DNA of 39,653 bases. Source: Proteromonas lacertae (taxonomy: Eukaryota). The position numbers and the translations under genes are program-made. The stretch is taken from positions 1 to 39,653 of the forward strand of contig NGBS01000047.1 in NCBI GenBank assembly GCA_002245135.1. Reading direction: 5' to 3'. This document shows, in pieces, positions 1-12,074 of this stretch (position 1 is the stretch's first letter; each line of letters starts with the position of its first letter). The notes beneath the pieces were generated by a model. The model saw only the letters and a program-made list of their open reading frames with translations, ran no database searches and was not told the origin of the DNA.

Positions 1-852
1 TTTTTTGGATTTGGTGCAATTGTTGGACCTTTTGTAGTAGGTGGAATGAAAAACTATATGAATGAATCTTATAGAAGTGTTTATTATTTTACTCTTCTTA
101 GTTTTTTTTATTTGGTTTTGCTTCATTTTCTAGCTTTGAAATAACTGAAGTTGAAAATAGTGAATCAGTTATGAATATAAAAACATCATAAAAGATCCAA
201 TGGTTTGGTATATTGGCTTTATATTAGGCTTAATGGAAATATGTGAATTAGGAATAGCTAATTGGAGTGGATTATATTTCCATGATGTATTTGGAATGGA
301 TGTAACAAAGGAAGGAGCTTGGTTTTCATCTGCTTATTATTTTACATTTACATTAGGAAGATTATTCTTTGGATATTTTGTTGAAAAAATAGGATATATG
401 AGATCATTGTATATATGTTGTTTAAGTATAATTGTTATAATGATAATATCATTTTTATTGGTAAAAATGGTATTTATTTATTGTTATTTGTTGGATTACC
501 AGTTGGACTAAATTGGCCAATTACTATGTCAATAGGAGTGAAAATATGGAAAGAAAAAGCACCAATCAATTCTTGTTTTATTATATTCTTACAATCTACA
601 ATAAATTCATTATGCCAACTTGTTATTGGAAATTTAAATAAATATATTGGACCTGGATGGGGATTTAGAAGTATTGTTGTTTATGTGTTTATTACATTCA
701 TTTGTTTGGTCATTTTAAATAGATTTATTGGTAAGACATTAGATGAAGCTCATGAAGAAGAAATTAAGATGAAAAAGAGAATAAAGATAAGGAGAAAAGA
801 AAAGAGAATGAAGTTAATAATTAACCAATCACTTATAACTGGAGAAATTTAA
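1..852 (+). CDS. MFS permease (FucP/MFSD4-like), 5' end outside the window; apparent single-base frameshifts (e.g. ~188, ~455)
   Basis: Frame 1 reads FFGFGAIVGPFVVG; later frames give MFS-type helices (ELGIANWSGLY, FTLGRLFFGYFVEKIG loop motif, GLNWPITMSIG, QLVIGNLNKYIG). Restoring one T gives TSLKDPMVW and ISFFIGKNG. Confidence 0.75.
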
Positions 853-929
853 GTTAAGGTATTTATGATATATATTTTGTTGTTTTGAATATTATTAAAC
901 TCAGTTAAAAGAAATAATTACAGCAACAA

Positions 930-1655
930 TTAAATTATACTGATTTTACTATTCTTTACTAACTCATCCAACTCTTTTCTAATCTTCATCAAACTATTAA
1001 AATATCTTTCATATCGAGGAACTAATAGATTTATATCACTTGATATTTTAGATATTGCTGGATAAGAAGCTGTAATATACTCTGCCTGTTTGAATGCTTG
1101 AAGAGTTGATTCTGGATGTGAAAGAATAATAGCGGAGGATAAGAAAAAGTTACAAAATGTCTCTTGATATTCTGGTTGAATAGATATAAAACCTTTTGAA
1201 TAACTATTATAATTTACTAAATAAATAACAAATACTCTTTTTGAAGTTTTTCAGCTATTTTATCACTTTTAGATACTGTATCTCTGATCTATTTAGTTGT
1301 AAAAACAGAATTATGTGAATACAATTCGATTAATGTATGTAATACTGCCTATTTGCTGTGATAAAGATTTTTCTGATATTATATCTTTATATTGTTCTTC
1401 AAATTTTTGCTTTTCTAATTTTCTTGTCAACTAAGAGATTAAATTACAAATATACTTCGTAGTATGTTGTAAAAGCCTTATCTAACTCTTTTAATACTTC
1501 AATATATGTCGGAATAGGAATTTTTATATCATTTACTTCCTATACTGATAAACATATGAAAATACTTCTTCAATATTGTATTTCTGATTTAAATACTCTA
1601 AACCATTAAATGATTTTTTTCTGTCATCATCCCAAACGTTCTCACTCTCTTCCAT
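930..1655 (-). CDS. Hypothetical helical protein, 5 exons (missed by ORF track)
   Basis: ATG at 1655 (MEESENVWDDD). Removing four GT-AG introns of 26, 25, 34 and 32 nt gives an uninterrupted frame to TAA at 930-932 (...KIRKELDELVKNSKISII*). Confidence 0.75.
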
Positions 1656-1682
1656 TTCGAAAATAAATTCAAATTTTAAAAT

Positions 1683-1690
1683 AAGCTTGA
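1683..1690. promoter_or_regulatory. Recurrent upstream motif AAGCTTGA (RGCTTGA), here centred in a 62-bp divergent promoter
   Basis: Same motif on either strand at 2512, 9860, 11921, 21745, 22838, 29978, 29991 and 37696, each shortly upstream of a start codon. Confidence 0.55.
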
Positions 1691-1717
1691 TTTTGATTTG
1701 AAAGTCAGAAAATTAAA

Positions 1718-2221
1718 ATGCCAAGATTTACAGTATATTAACATACTAGTAATTATTTATAGATATTAATCGTAGTACTATTGTTTGGCCTAGCTATTTG
1801 TAATGATGGAAAGAGGATTTGGAGATAAATATGACTGGCATAATCTTGAAGATGGGTTTAAAACTATCAAAAGAACAGAACAAAGTTGCTATGATAGTGA
1901 TTCATAAATCATGGTGTGGAGCTTGTAAGAGACTTGCTCCTCAATTTGCAGAAAGTGAAGAGATATTAAATCTAAGTGCACAGTTTGTTATGATAAACGT
2001 TCAAGATGATGAAGAACCAAAAGACAAGTTATATGCTCCAGGTATGTAAAATTTATTTTAATTCATGAATAGATGGTGGTTATATTCCAAGAATTTTGTT
2101 TATGAAGCCTAATGGTGAAATAATATATGAGGCAAATAGTGGAAATAAAGGATACAACTATTTTCATTCATCTCCAGCTAGTATAGTGAAAGCCATGGAA
2201 TATGCTCTTGCCAATTCATAG
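1718..2221 (+). CDS. TXNDC12: ERp18/TXNDC12 (AGR1)-like ER thioredoxin-fold protein
   Basis: Signal peptide ILIVVLLFGLAIC after intron 1733-1762; GFGDKYDW; HKSWCGACKRL active site; after intron 2042-2072 APDGGYIPRILF. Two +1 frameshifts (~1810, ~1855) must be corrected. Confidence 0.88.
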
Positions 2222-2551
2222 ATTATTATATTAATAAAAAGGTAACATAAATAATTATGTTTACATTCTTTTTTTAATAGATTTGATTAATAAATATCAT
2301 ACATTCATTTCTTTACTGCTATAAAGAAATAATGATCAACTTATTATACATATATATCCACAATTACATAAATATCCATAATTAAATATTTTCCCTTAAA
2401 TAATTCAACAGTATCTTCATTATATGATTATTTTAGAGTTTCGGGTATTAATATATTCATGTGATAGTTTAATAAAGTATAAAAACAAAAAATAAGAAAA
2501 TTTATAGATTTGGCTTGATTTGCTTTGAAAATAAACTAAAATTTCTTAACA

Positions 2552-4594
2552 ATGGAAGGATTTGAATGTATAAGTGGTGAATATTTAGTATATTAGAATG
2601 ATATTTAATATAAAATAGCTGATAAAAGTGATAAAGAAGAATGAGTTATCTGTTTTATTAGAAATAAAAGAAATAAAAAGTAATAAGTTAAAGTTTGTGA
2701 AGATTTATTGCCGAAATAATGTGAACTTGAGATGTGTAGACGATTTTGTAGAAAAGTTAGAAAAATTGAGAGAATTACAAATTCCCAATGTTTTGATGTA
2801 TGAAAAATACATAATTAATGAAAAATATGTTATATTGATAATGAAAAAGTATGATAATAATTTAGAAGGGTTAATGTTAAAGAAAGAGTTAAAAGAGATA
2901 GAAATAAATGAAATAATGTTAAAATTGATAAAAGCTATAAAGATATTACAAGAGAATGGTATGATATATAACAATATCAAATTGAATAATTTACTATTGG
3001 AAGAAGATGGAGATATAATGATAGTTGATAATTTAAAGTATTTATTATTGAAGTATAGAATTGATAATATAAAAAGTGATACGGATGATATAATGTATTT
3101 AAGTCCAGAAATACTAAATAAAGAAAAAATGAATATAAAAAGTGATGTGTGGAATATAGGAATGGTATATTATACATTATTGACAAAAGAAAATCCATGT
3201 AAAACTGATTTATCATGTTTTTCAATAATACCAATAACTTCGTTTAGATATGAAAATAATAAAAAACTGAATCAATCATACAATAATATTTTATCTAAAT
3301 TACTCACAGTGGATGAAAAAAATCGAATGACAATTGATGAATTACTGTTCCAAATAAATATGATTTATTTGATGGAATTATTGGTAGAAGAGGAAAAAGA
3401 AAAAGCAAATAAATTAATGAGAGAAATGACAAATAATAATTCTCAAAAAGATAATTGTGAAATGTATGAGATGATAGGAGATTATTATTATGATAATGTA
3501 TATTTGAATTATTTATTGAATGATTAGGAAGATTATGTAGAAGCGCATTCATGTTATAAAAACGGATTAAAATATGCTATGACATATAATGAAAAAGAAT
3601 TCTTTTATAATAGTTTAGGATGTTGTTATACTGATATGGTATATAGATATAATAAATAATATTGAATAGAAACATTACAATAAAGCAATTACATGTTTTA
3701 AAAAAGCTTTACTATTTTGTTCACCAAAAGAAAATAGTGATAAATTTAATATTTTAAATAATGGAAATATTATAAATAATGGAACTATAATAAATAATGG
3801 AAATAACGTTGGTTTTCCAATTATATGTACATTTGTTTCAAAAAACTATTTATCAAAAGATGTAAAATCATATTCAAGTAAAGAAATGAATTATTATAGT
3901 ATAGGAGAATGTTACAGGAGGATGGTATACTCTAAATATCAATAACTTGTAATAGAATCATTATGCAAATGCAGTTTCTTATTACAAAATCGCATTGAAA
4001 TATTCTATATCAGATGAAAATAAAGAAAAAAATAATAGAATGGTAGGAGATAGCTATTATGAATTGGTATGCATATTATTCTAATTGTTACTAGAAGGAT
4101 TATGAAAAAGCAATTCCTTACTTTTTAAAAGCAATAAAATATCCTTCATCATACGAATATAGAGGATTCAGTTGTAACAGTTTAGGTTGTTGTTATTATA
4201 ATTTAGTATATTCATTAATATTAAGCTAAATAGAAAAATTATAATGAAGCAGCAAAATATCATCAAATGTCTTTAGAATGTTCATATAATGAAAATGATA
4301 AATACAACGAAGCCATAAATGTAGCAAATTGTTATTTAATGTTGGGAGATAAAGAAAAGACAATTCACTATTTAAATGAAGTAAAAGAAGATATATGCGA
4401 TGATTATACAAAATATTTGTATAATAAAGCAATGGGAAATTATTTTCTTATTATTGTATTAATTGTTTTCTAATATATTTTGTAAATAGAAAGAAAAAGA
4501 AAAGAGCATTGATTATTTGGAAAAATCCTTAAAATATGCTAGTTATGATTATGAAGTTGAAGATATTAATTCATTATTAAAAGAATTGAATTAA
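2552..4594 (+). CDS. Pseudokinase fused to C-terminal TPR repeats, 8 exons
   Basis: Kinase fold with YLSPE and KSDVWNIG, but catalytic loop YNNIKLNN (no HRD) and DNL for DFG. Introns 2588-2618, 3498-3527, 3639-3669, 3925-3955, 4067-4094, 4206-4233 and 4456-4489 give an open frame with TPR units (e.g. NSLGCCYTDM/KHYNKAITCFKKAL). Confidence 0.85.
3755..3807 (+). repeat. ~18-bp tandem repeat x3 encoding NNG-containing units inside a TPR exon
   Basis: aaataatggaaatattat / aaataatggaactataat / aaataatggaaataac. Confidence 0.8.
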
Positions 4595-4755
4595 AGAAGT
4601 TAATATTCTTCCATAATTACACCATTTTACTATAAAGATATTCTATATTGCAATTTTAACACAGTTATGTTAATAATGAGAATGCGTATGAAAATGTGTA
4701 TGAATAATACCAACATAACAATACTTATATATAACATTAATAAATATCCTTCTTT

Positions 4756-5908
4756 TTAATGGATTTGGTTAATATAGCAGCATAAATCATTCTATATCAA
4801 TAATAATAATAAAATCATACAAATGTAACAATTTTATTAAGTGCAACACATGCATAATGATCAAATATACCTTTTATTTCTAATACTGATTTACCAGAGA
4901 CAAGATTGATAAGCTGTTGTCTTTCTTGTATATTTAAATTATTATGAATCATTCCTAAATAATCCTATCAAATATAAATTATTATTACCATAAACCATAC
5001 ACTAATAACAGTTTGAAGAGTGAATATATCTGGATATCTAGTTATAAATGATTTTGTAGCTGATTTTATTATTTCAGTATTAAAACAATCATAATTTGAA
5101 GATATACCAAAGAATAACATCGTTACATTACCATCAATTGGTTTAAATGATTGAATATAATTTATAATTGTATTATAAACAGGCAAAGTAAGAGGAACTG
5201 GATATGTATAATCAAAATTGATTAATATTATCCCGATTCTGTTATGAAGTTCAGTTTTACAATCTTCAAACATATATTTAAGTATTCTATTTATATATAT
5301 AATAAATGATTCATATTATGTATATACTGATAAGTATCATTACCATGAAGTTGAGAAATTGAATCTAACTCTAAACCATAGTATTTTGCTTGTAGTTTTG
5401 CACATAGCACTTTCACTAATAAATGCTTACCTGAATGAATTGGTCCTGATATTAAATATTTACCATCGTTTTCAGTAAATGTGTGATTACATATATTATA
5501 ACATATTTTATCAAATTCAGCTTTTATTTCTTCTAATCCATATATATCACTATATCTCAATGGTTTTGGATCTTCCATTTTTAGAAATGATCGAAGTGGT
5601 GAAGGATTTGGTGTGTGTATAGGTGAACGATCAATCGCTCTAGTTGTGTATGTCTGAATAGAACGATATCCTTCACTTTTCAACTTCTCAGCTTTTGTTA
5701 AACAGTAATCACACAACGATTGAGGATAAGAACGAGCAGTCTCTGGTAGCTCTATTTAAAAATCACATAGATGTTTTAAAATACGTTTACAGTATAATAG
5801 ATATTGATTAGATGCTTTAACATACAAATCGTAAGCATAATGTGGATTACTGTTTGCAACTGAATCAGCTTGCTTCTGTGAATTCTGAGCTTCATTAAAA
5901 AGATCCAT
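4756..5908 (-). CDS. MIT-domain plus degenerate AAA ATPase (VPS4/spastin/katanin-like architecture), 5 exons
   Basis: N-term MDLFNEAQ...AYDLYVKASNQY...YCLTKAEKLK (MIT-like); LRYSDIYGLEEIK; Walker A-like LISGPIHSGKHLLVK; four GT-AG introns give an open frame to TAA at 4756. Confidence 0.7.
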
Positions 5909-6090
5909 TTTTCACTAACAAAAGTATTTACAGTAGTTATTACACAACAACAGAAACACTACCTTCTAATCATTTAATACACCCAAAGACACAGTTGATA
6001 AACAGTTAAAATTAAACTTAATTAATTAATACGAAAACTAACTAATTATTACTCATTTTCTCTTTAAAACTACTAAATGATTGATTTGTA

Positions 6091-9000
6091 TTAAAATAAA
6101 GACCTTCTGACACTTCTATGAGATGCAACAGAACTACTAGCAGATGAATGTCTCTTTTTACTAGAAGATTTTGGAGGAGTAGGTTTAATTACTCTTCTAT
6201 TATTACTATAACTCCTTCTATGTTGTGCTGATGAATATTTTTCTATATCATCATCAGGATCAGGTTCAGGTGTGAATATGTGAGTATATCTGAATAATTG
6301 TGGTTGTTGAGGAGGTTTGGGTGGAGGTTTGGGTATAGGCTTGAACGAAGAATTATTTTCATTATTTCCATTATCTTCTTCTTCTTCTTCCACTGATGGT
6401 GTTTTAACTTTTTCTTTTTCTATTATTTTCTTTTTTAATGATTCTAATTGTGATTTTAATTCTTTAATTTCTTTATTCTGTTTCTCAATTCTGTCTTCAT
6501 ACACTTTATTATTATTATTATTATCACAATTTAAACTATTAATTTCATTCTCTAGTTGTTGAGGTGATATATATTTAATATTATGACATTTCAATATTCT
6601 ATTCGTATGAATCAAATAATTAATCGATTTATGCAACTTTGGTTTTGTATTCTGTAAAGTAACAGTTGACTCTTTGATCATTTTCTTATACTGATTTATT
6701 CTATTCATATTCACTTTATATTTATATTCTATTCTATTAATAAACCACTTTTGTATTACTCTAACTTGATATTCATAGTTTTTATATTTCATCAACAATT
6801 CATTCATTTTTATATTATTTTCATCACTGTAGTTATTATGTAATGAATATTCAGTTGGTTCAAAAACAAATAATTCTTTCATTCTTACCAAAATCATAGA
6901 TTTTAATATATTCTTCATAAACGTACTATTACTATTCATTCTATTTAACTTAGCAGTAAACATTTCAATTGACATTCTTTCTTTTAATGTAGAAAGTGTT
7001 TGATTGAATATTTGTAGGAATTTAGATGGAGTTATAATTGAAGATATAATCTGCATACATTCATTATTGCTATTACTACTAGTATCAAAATTAGAAGGAA
7101 TAAAGATATTAAATGATAATTGAGGGATATAAACTAAAACACAATTAGAAGAGATTGAATGAAATAACTTTAAGAATTTACTTACTTCTATTTTTGATAT
7201 ATTATTATTAGAATTATCAGATGTAACAGTTGATGATGAAATAGAAGTAATTGATTCTGTAGATAAAGTGGTAGATGAATTTCTGTTATGATCATTATAA
7301 GTTAATATATAATTACTCTCTGGCGGTTCATATATTGGATTTTCCACCATTGGACCAATAATCTGTTTCTCCACTAACAATAATGATAATACAAATAACT
7401 GATTCCATTTTACGAATATATTTAAATATAACTTACAGATTATTTCTATTGAATAGTTTGTGATTAATTTATTGGATAAAATATATATCCCATATTCTCT
7501 ATCTTTTAATTGGTTAATTGTTTGATTGATTATTGGATTGGTTGGTGAAATTATCGAATCATCAATTAGTAAAACGGCTAAATTATTATTATTATGTAAT
7601 TGTGGTTCTGGAATTATATATGTTAAAGTTGTTCTGATCTTGTAATAATTCATTTTGTTATTTTGATTAGTATTGAATTTCGTTGGTATTTTAACATTCA
7701 AAATACAATAAAATACACCTAATACATACACTGAAATACGTATTTCTTCGTATAAGTTCTTACTTTCATTATTAATAGTATAATGAATAGGAAATCTTAC
7801 TGGAAAATCCCACATGTAAAATATATCATAATTCTGTTCTGTAACGGTAATATTACTGGTAACATTTTCAAAAAGAAATGAAATCATTGATCCACACTTA
7901 TAATCGATATTTATATGATTGTTATTAATATATTCATATATTTCAGCTAAAAACACTTTTTGATGGAATGAACAAGTCCAGATGTCGATTAATCCTTCTA
8001 TTAAAATAAATCATAAATATTATACTTGTAAATTTCTTGTTTGGAATACAATAACACTGAAAATATATCCGATCTTTTGGATTTCTTTGTTTAATAACAT
8101 TCATTTTATTATTAATATTATATATATCTTGATTTAAAGCAGCTTTTTGCATATATTTAAATTCATTTAATAAAATTAAAATGTGTTTTAATTTCTTAAA
8201 ATATAATCTGTCTTTTTTACCTCTGTAATGTTTTTGTATAAATAATATCACTTTCTCTTTTGTTTTTATATCTATTCCATCATATACTCTATCACAGATA
8301 ATATCATTTTCTATTATTTCTTTACATATATTCGTTATATTTTGTTTTTTATTACTGTATTTTGAATGTATAAATTTCTGTATTTTTATTACATTTGCAT
8401 GTATTATTTTGTATTTATGTTTATTAATATACATTCTGATAATCGATTGAATAACAACAATACTCTTTTTTATTTTCAAATACTTTTTTCTATTTATATA
8501 TCCTCTAACATTCTTTTGTATAATTGTTATACTATTAGTTTTGTTATTAAACTCTTCTTCATTCATATTCTTTATCATATTATATTCTTTCCTTTGTTTT
8601 ATCCCTCTGTAATGCTTAGAAACCCATCAATTGAACCATTTTCATCATTTCTATTCGTTTATTATACTCTTTTCTCACTTTCCTACCTATGAAATGTTTA
8701 GATAAAAACAATTGAATCATTTTCAATATTTCCATTCTTTTTCTAAAAAATCTTCTTATTTTTCTACCTCGGTAATGCTTTGATAAAAATAACTGAATCT
8801 TTACTTTCTCTTTATTCAACTTCCTTCTACTTTTCTCTTTCTTCTTCTTTATTCTATCGTTAATAATCTGTTCCAATGATTTAATATGATATTTATGAAT
8901 TCTATAAACTTTTTGAATTAGTTTTACTGCAATTATCATTTCTACACTTACATTTAGTATTTCTGCTGTTGGTCTGAAACTAATTAAAGACTTCACTTCA

Positions 9001-9802
9001 TCTTGAGGCTCAGGGAATTTGAGTGGTAAATGGTGTAATTGCATTCCTTTCAATTTCTTCTAATTCTTTTTCGTCTTATTTCTCTTTGTTTTTCTCTTTT
9101 CAGTTGTTTCAATATCATATTTGCTAAACATTTACGAAAACTATTTTTAATATATATATATATAAATATACAATGCTTGTATTGCTATTATTGCTATTAT
9201 TAATTTATTATTTCTATAAGCTATATAAATCTGCTTTGCTAAATGTTGTTTTAATTTCAGTCTTTTCTTTTGATAATATTCTTTATACTTATGTTGTATT
9301 ATTGAAGCTGATATATTATCATGTTTTACTTTCTTTATTTTTTCTTCTTCTTCTTCTTCCTCTACAACTTTCATTGGAGGTGTAATTGGTCTTGATATTG
9401 ACAATCGTGGATTTGATGAGGGTGAAGGCATTATTGATCTTCTGAATTGATTGACTGGTGTAGCTAATAGTTTGTGACTCTCTTCGTATTCTATAACCAT
9501 ATTTGTATACATTGACAATAATCTTGGTCTGGAATACCATTCATCACTATCTGAATTGGTATCCTTCCAATGTACTTTATAGTTAATCAAACCTGATGGT
9601 TCTACTCTTCTATCTACTATTTTTTCGATTTCATCATCGTCATCTTCGTCATCATCATCAAGCACTTTTTCATCATCTGAATATGTTATTTCTATATTTT
9701 GTGGTGTTTTACTTCCTTCATCTTCATCATCATCATCTCTATAAGTAATAATATACAATATACAAATTGTATAAATCATCATCATCATCTTCATTCACTC
9801 AT
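6091..9802 (-). CDS. Large protein with N-terminal chromo-like domain, multiple IQ motifs and C-terminal coiled coil/Pro-Ser tail
   Basis: EIEKIVDRR...YKVHWKD...DEW chromo-like segment; repeated IQxxxRG motifs (IQKNVRGYINRK, IQSIIRMY, IQKHYRGKK). Introns near 9738-9762, 9141-9171 and 7998-8025; probable indel errors near 9795, 9055, 8623. Confidence 0.7.
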
Positions 9803-9882
9803 TTTAAAATTCTATTGTTTAGAATAAATTTAATTTAAAAAAATAACCGCAAGCTTTCTTCAAGCCATCCGTTTTTGAAAGA

Positions 9883-10989
9883 ATGACAGATCAAAATGTA
9901 CCAGGTTGTGAACAACAAGAACTTGATAGAGTTAGACCTATCTTCGAAAAAGAACTAGTGGAAGGTTTAGTAGATGTTGAAAAACTTGAATCAATAATTA
10001 GAGAATGTGGTATTCAACTTACATCAGAAGTACTTGCAAAATACATAGATCCTATCAAAGAACAGAAAAAAGAAGAATACGAAAAAGAACAACAAAGATT
10101 AAAAGAAGAAGCTGAATTGAAAGAAAAAATGGAAAAGGAAGAAGAAGAAAGAAAAGCAGCAGAAGATGCTGCAAATGGTGTAAAAGGTAAAAAAAGAGTG
10201 TCAAAAAAACCTTCTCCAAGACAGAAGAAAGAAGATGATAAAAGCAAAAACAAAGGTAAGAAAGGCAAGAATGTAGAGCCAGAAGAACCTGAAAAACCAA
10301 CATTTGGAGTAGTATTCGACGAATTTGCTCAATTATACTCCCAAATATACTGTGCTCCGAATTTCAATGGTAATAGACTTAGAACAATATGTAGACAAGG
10401 TAACTTAGAAGAAATAGATGAATTAATTGGAAGAGGTTGTAATCCAGAAGGACATGACGGTTATGGTTGTAATTGTATTCATGTAGTGAGTGAATACAAC
10501 CAAGTCGCAGTATTACAACACTTACTGCAAGCATATCCGAGAATTAAAATAAATGCAACAGACAATAAAGGTTGGACTGGTGTTATTTATGCTGCTGCTT
10601 ATAACCAATTAGATATACTGCAGTACTTAATTGCTACTTTGAATGCTGATTTAAATCTAACAGATTTTGAAAAGAGAAATGCTTTACATTGGGCAGCTAT
10701 GAAGGGTAGTGTAGAATCACTTCATTTTCTATTGAAACAAGGAATGGATATGGAGTGTAAAGATATTAATGGTTTTACTCCATTTCTATTGGCTGTTTCA
10801 CATGATCAAACAGAGACAATAAAAGCGCTGATGGATCATCATTGTGATTTACAGGCTACTGATAACTATGGACATGAATATACATATTTTGCAACATCAG
10901 AGACAAGGGATATGATTGAGAAGAGAATCTATGCATCTGGTCCAAGAAAATCAATCATGTCAGCCAGAAGAATATCTAAGAAAATATAA
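9883..10989 (+). CDS. Ankyrin-repeat protein with N-terminal charged region, intronless
   Basis: 368-aa ORF with about five ankyrin repeats (DNKGWTGVIYAA, RNALHWAAMKG, DINGFTPFLLAV). Confidence 0.92.
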   Translation: MTDQNVPGCEQQELDRVRPIFEKELVEGLVDVEKLESIIRECGIQLTSEVLAKYIDPIKEQKKEEYEKEQQRLKEEAELKEKMEKEEEERKAAEDAANGVKGKKRVSKKPSPRQKKEDDKSKNKGKKGKNVEPEEPEKPTFGVVFDEFAQLYSQIYCAPNFNGNRLRTICRQGNLEEIDELIGRGCNPEGHDGYGCNCIHVVSEYNQVAVLQHLLQAYPRIKINATDNKGWTGVIYAAAYNQLDILQYLIATLNADLNLTDFEKRNALHWAAMKGSVESLHFLLKQGMDMECKDINGFTPFLLAVSHDQTETIKALMDHHCDLQATDNYGHEYTYFATSETRDMIEKRIYASGPRKSIMSARRISKKI

Positions 10990-11088
10990 AAATATAGTCT
11001 TTTTAACATAATTTTATGATTTTATTTATTTACTTTGTTTATTATTGTTGTAATAAAACAAAAAAAAGTGAAATTACAAATAAATACA

Positions 11089-11885
11089 TTAACGATGTGA
11101 ATGTCTGTGAGATCTTGAGTGTGAGTGAGATTTCCCTCTTGAATGACTGGTTTTACGTCTCTTACTAGGTCTATCATCTCTAGAAGAATGAGAATGTCTT
11201 TTAGAACGACTCTATAACAATAAAAACATTAAATAATCTCAATATATACTCTATGTTTTGAATGTTTATCTGAAGATGATATTTCTGAAAAGATTTCTTC
11301 ATTAATTTTTGATAAAACTGAATCTAACTTATGTTCTTGACTTCTCTGATACATTTTCTGTGATTCTTTCTTTTTGTCTGCCATACCTGGACCATATGCT
11401 GTCGGTTGTACTACAGGTGAATTACTATGATCAATTCTCAATGGATAACCTCCAATATTTAGACCAGATAATGTATACGATAATTTAGCACCTTGTACAT
11501 CTGCAAATTCAACAAATCCAAATAACATTTCTATTCAATTAGAATTACAAAAATATACGAACTCCAGTTGAACTTATAATCGATTCATTAACTAAACGTA
11601 CTTGATTCACTACTCCACATACTGAAAATATTGTTATTATATCTTCAGAAGAAACCTATAGACAAACATAAAAGAATTATATACGGTATTATGAATATTA
11701 CCAATATATATAGTCCTTTCAATTTGTGCTTGCCTATCACTAATTTGACTATCTTGAATTAATACTGGTTTCTTCTTTTTCTCATTTGGGTTCTACAAAT
11801 AAAAAAAGAAAAATATACTTCTTCATTTAAAATAACAGATGCAACTATAGATATGTACAATAAATAGTATACGCAAATTAGACAT
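11089..11885 (-). CDS. RRM plus RS/H-rich tail protein, SREK1/SRSF11-like splicing factor, 6 exons
   Basis: Spliced frame: RTIYIGNIHN (RNP2), FGFVEFAD (RNP1), PLRIDHSNSPVVQP, and an Arg/Ser/His-rich last exon ending SHR* at 11089. Confidence 0.8.
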
Positions 11886-11944
11886 ATTACAAGAGAAAAA
11901 TGATTTTCAAATTCTAGTTTAAGCTTGATGATTTTCAAACATTA

Positions 11945-11976
11945 TTGTCAAGAAACGATCATATTTTTCTTGACAA
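11945..11976. repeat. Perfect 11-bp inverted repeat in a divergent promoter
   Basis: TTGTCAAGAAA (11945-11955), 10-nt spacer, TTTCTTGACAA (11966-11976). Confidence 0.8.
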
Positions 11977-12074
11977 GTTTGTGAATCGATACAAATCAAT
12001 CATCGGTATAATATCGATCTCGATTGATCTTTTCTGTGATTTGATTGGCTGTTATTTGATCGACTTTTTTCTTT

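Noticed and set aside
930..1655. Dynactin p24 (DCTN3) identity for the hypothetical gene
   Set aside because: Only a vague resemblance in size and helical pattern; not supportable without a profile search.
8610..8630. Euplotes-like stop-triggered +1 frameshift (TTC TAA; also TCT TAG at ~25918)
   Set aside because: Neighbouring IQ repeats (LSKHYRG) and EDC4 homology fit a shift upstream of the stop, i.e. an inserted base.
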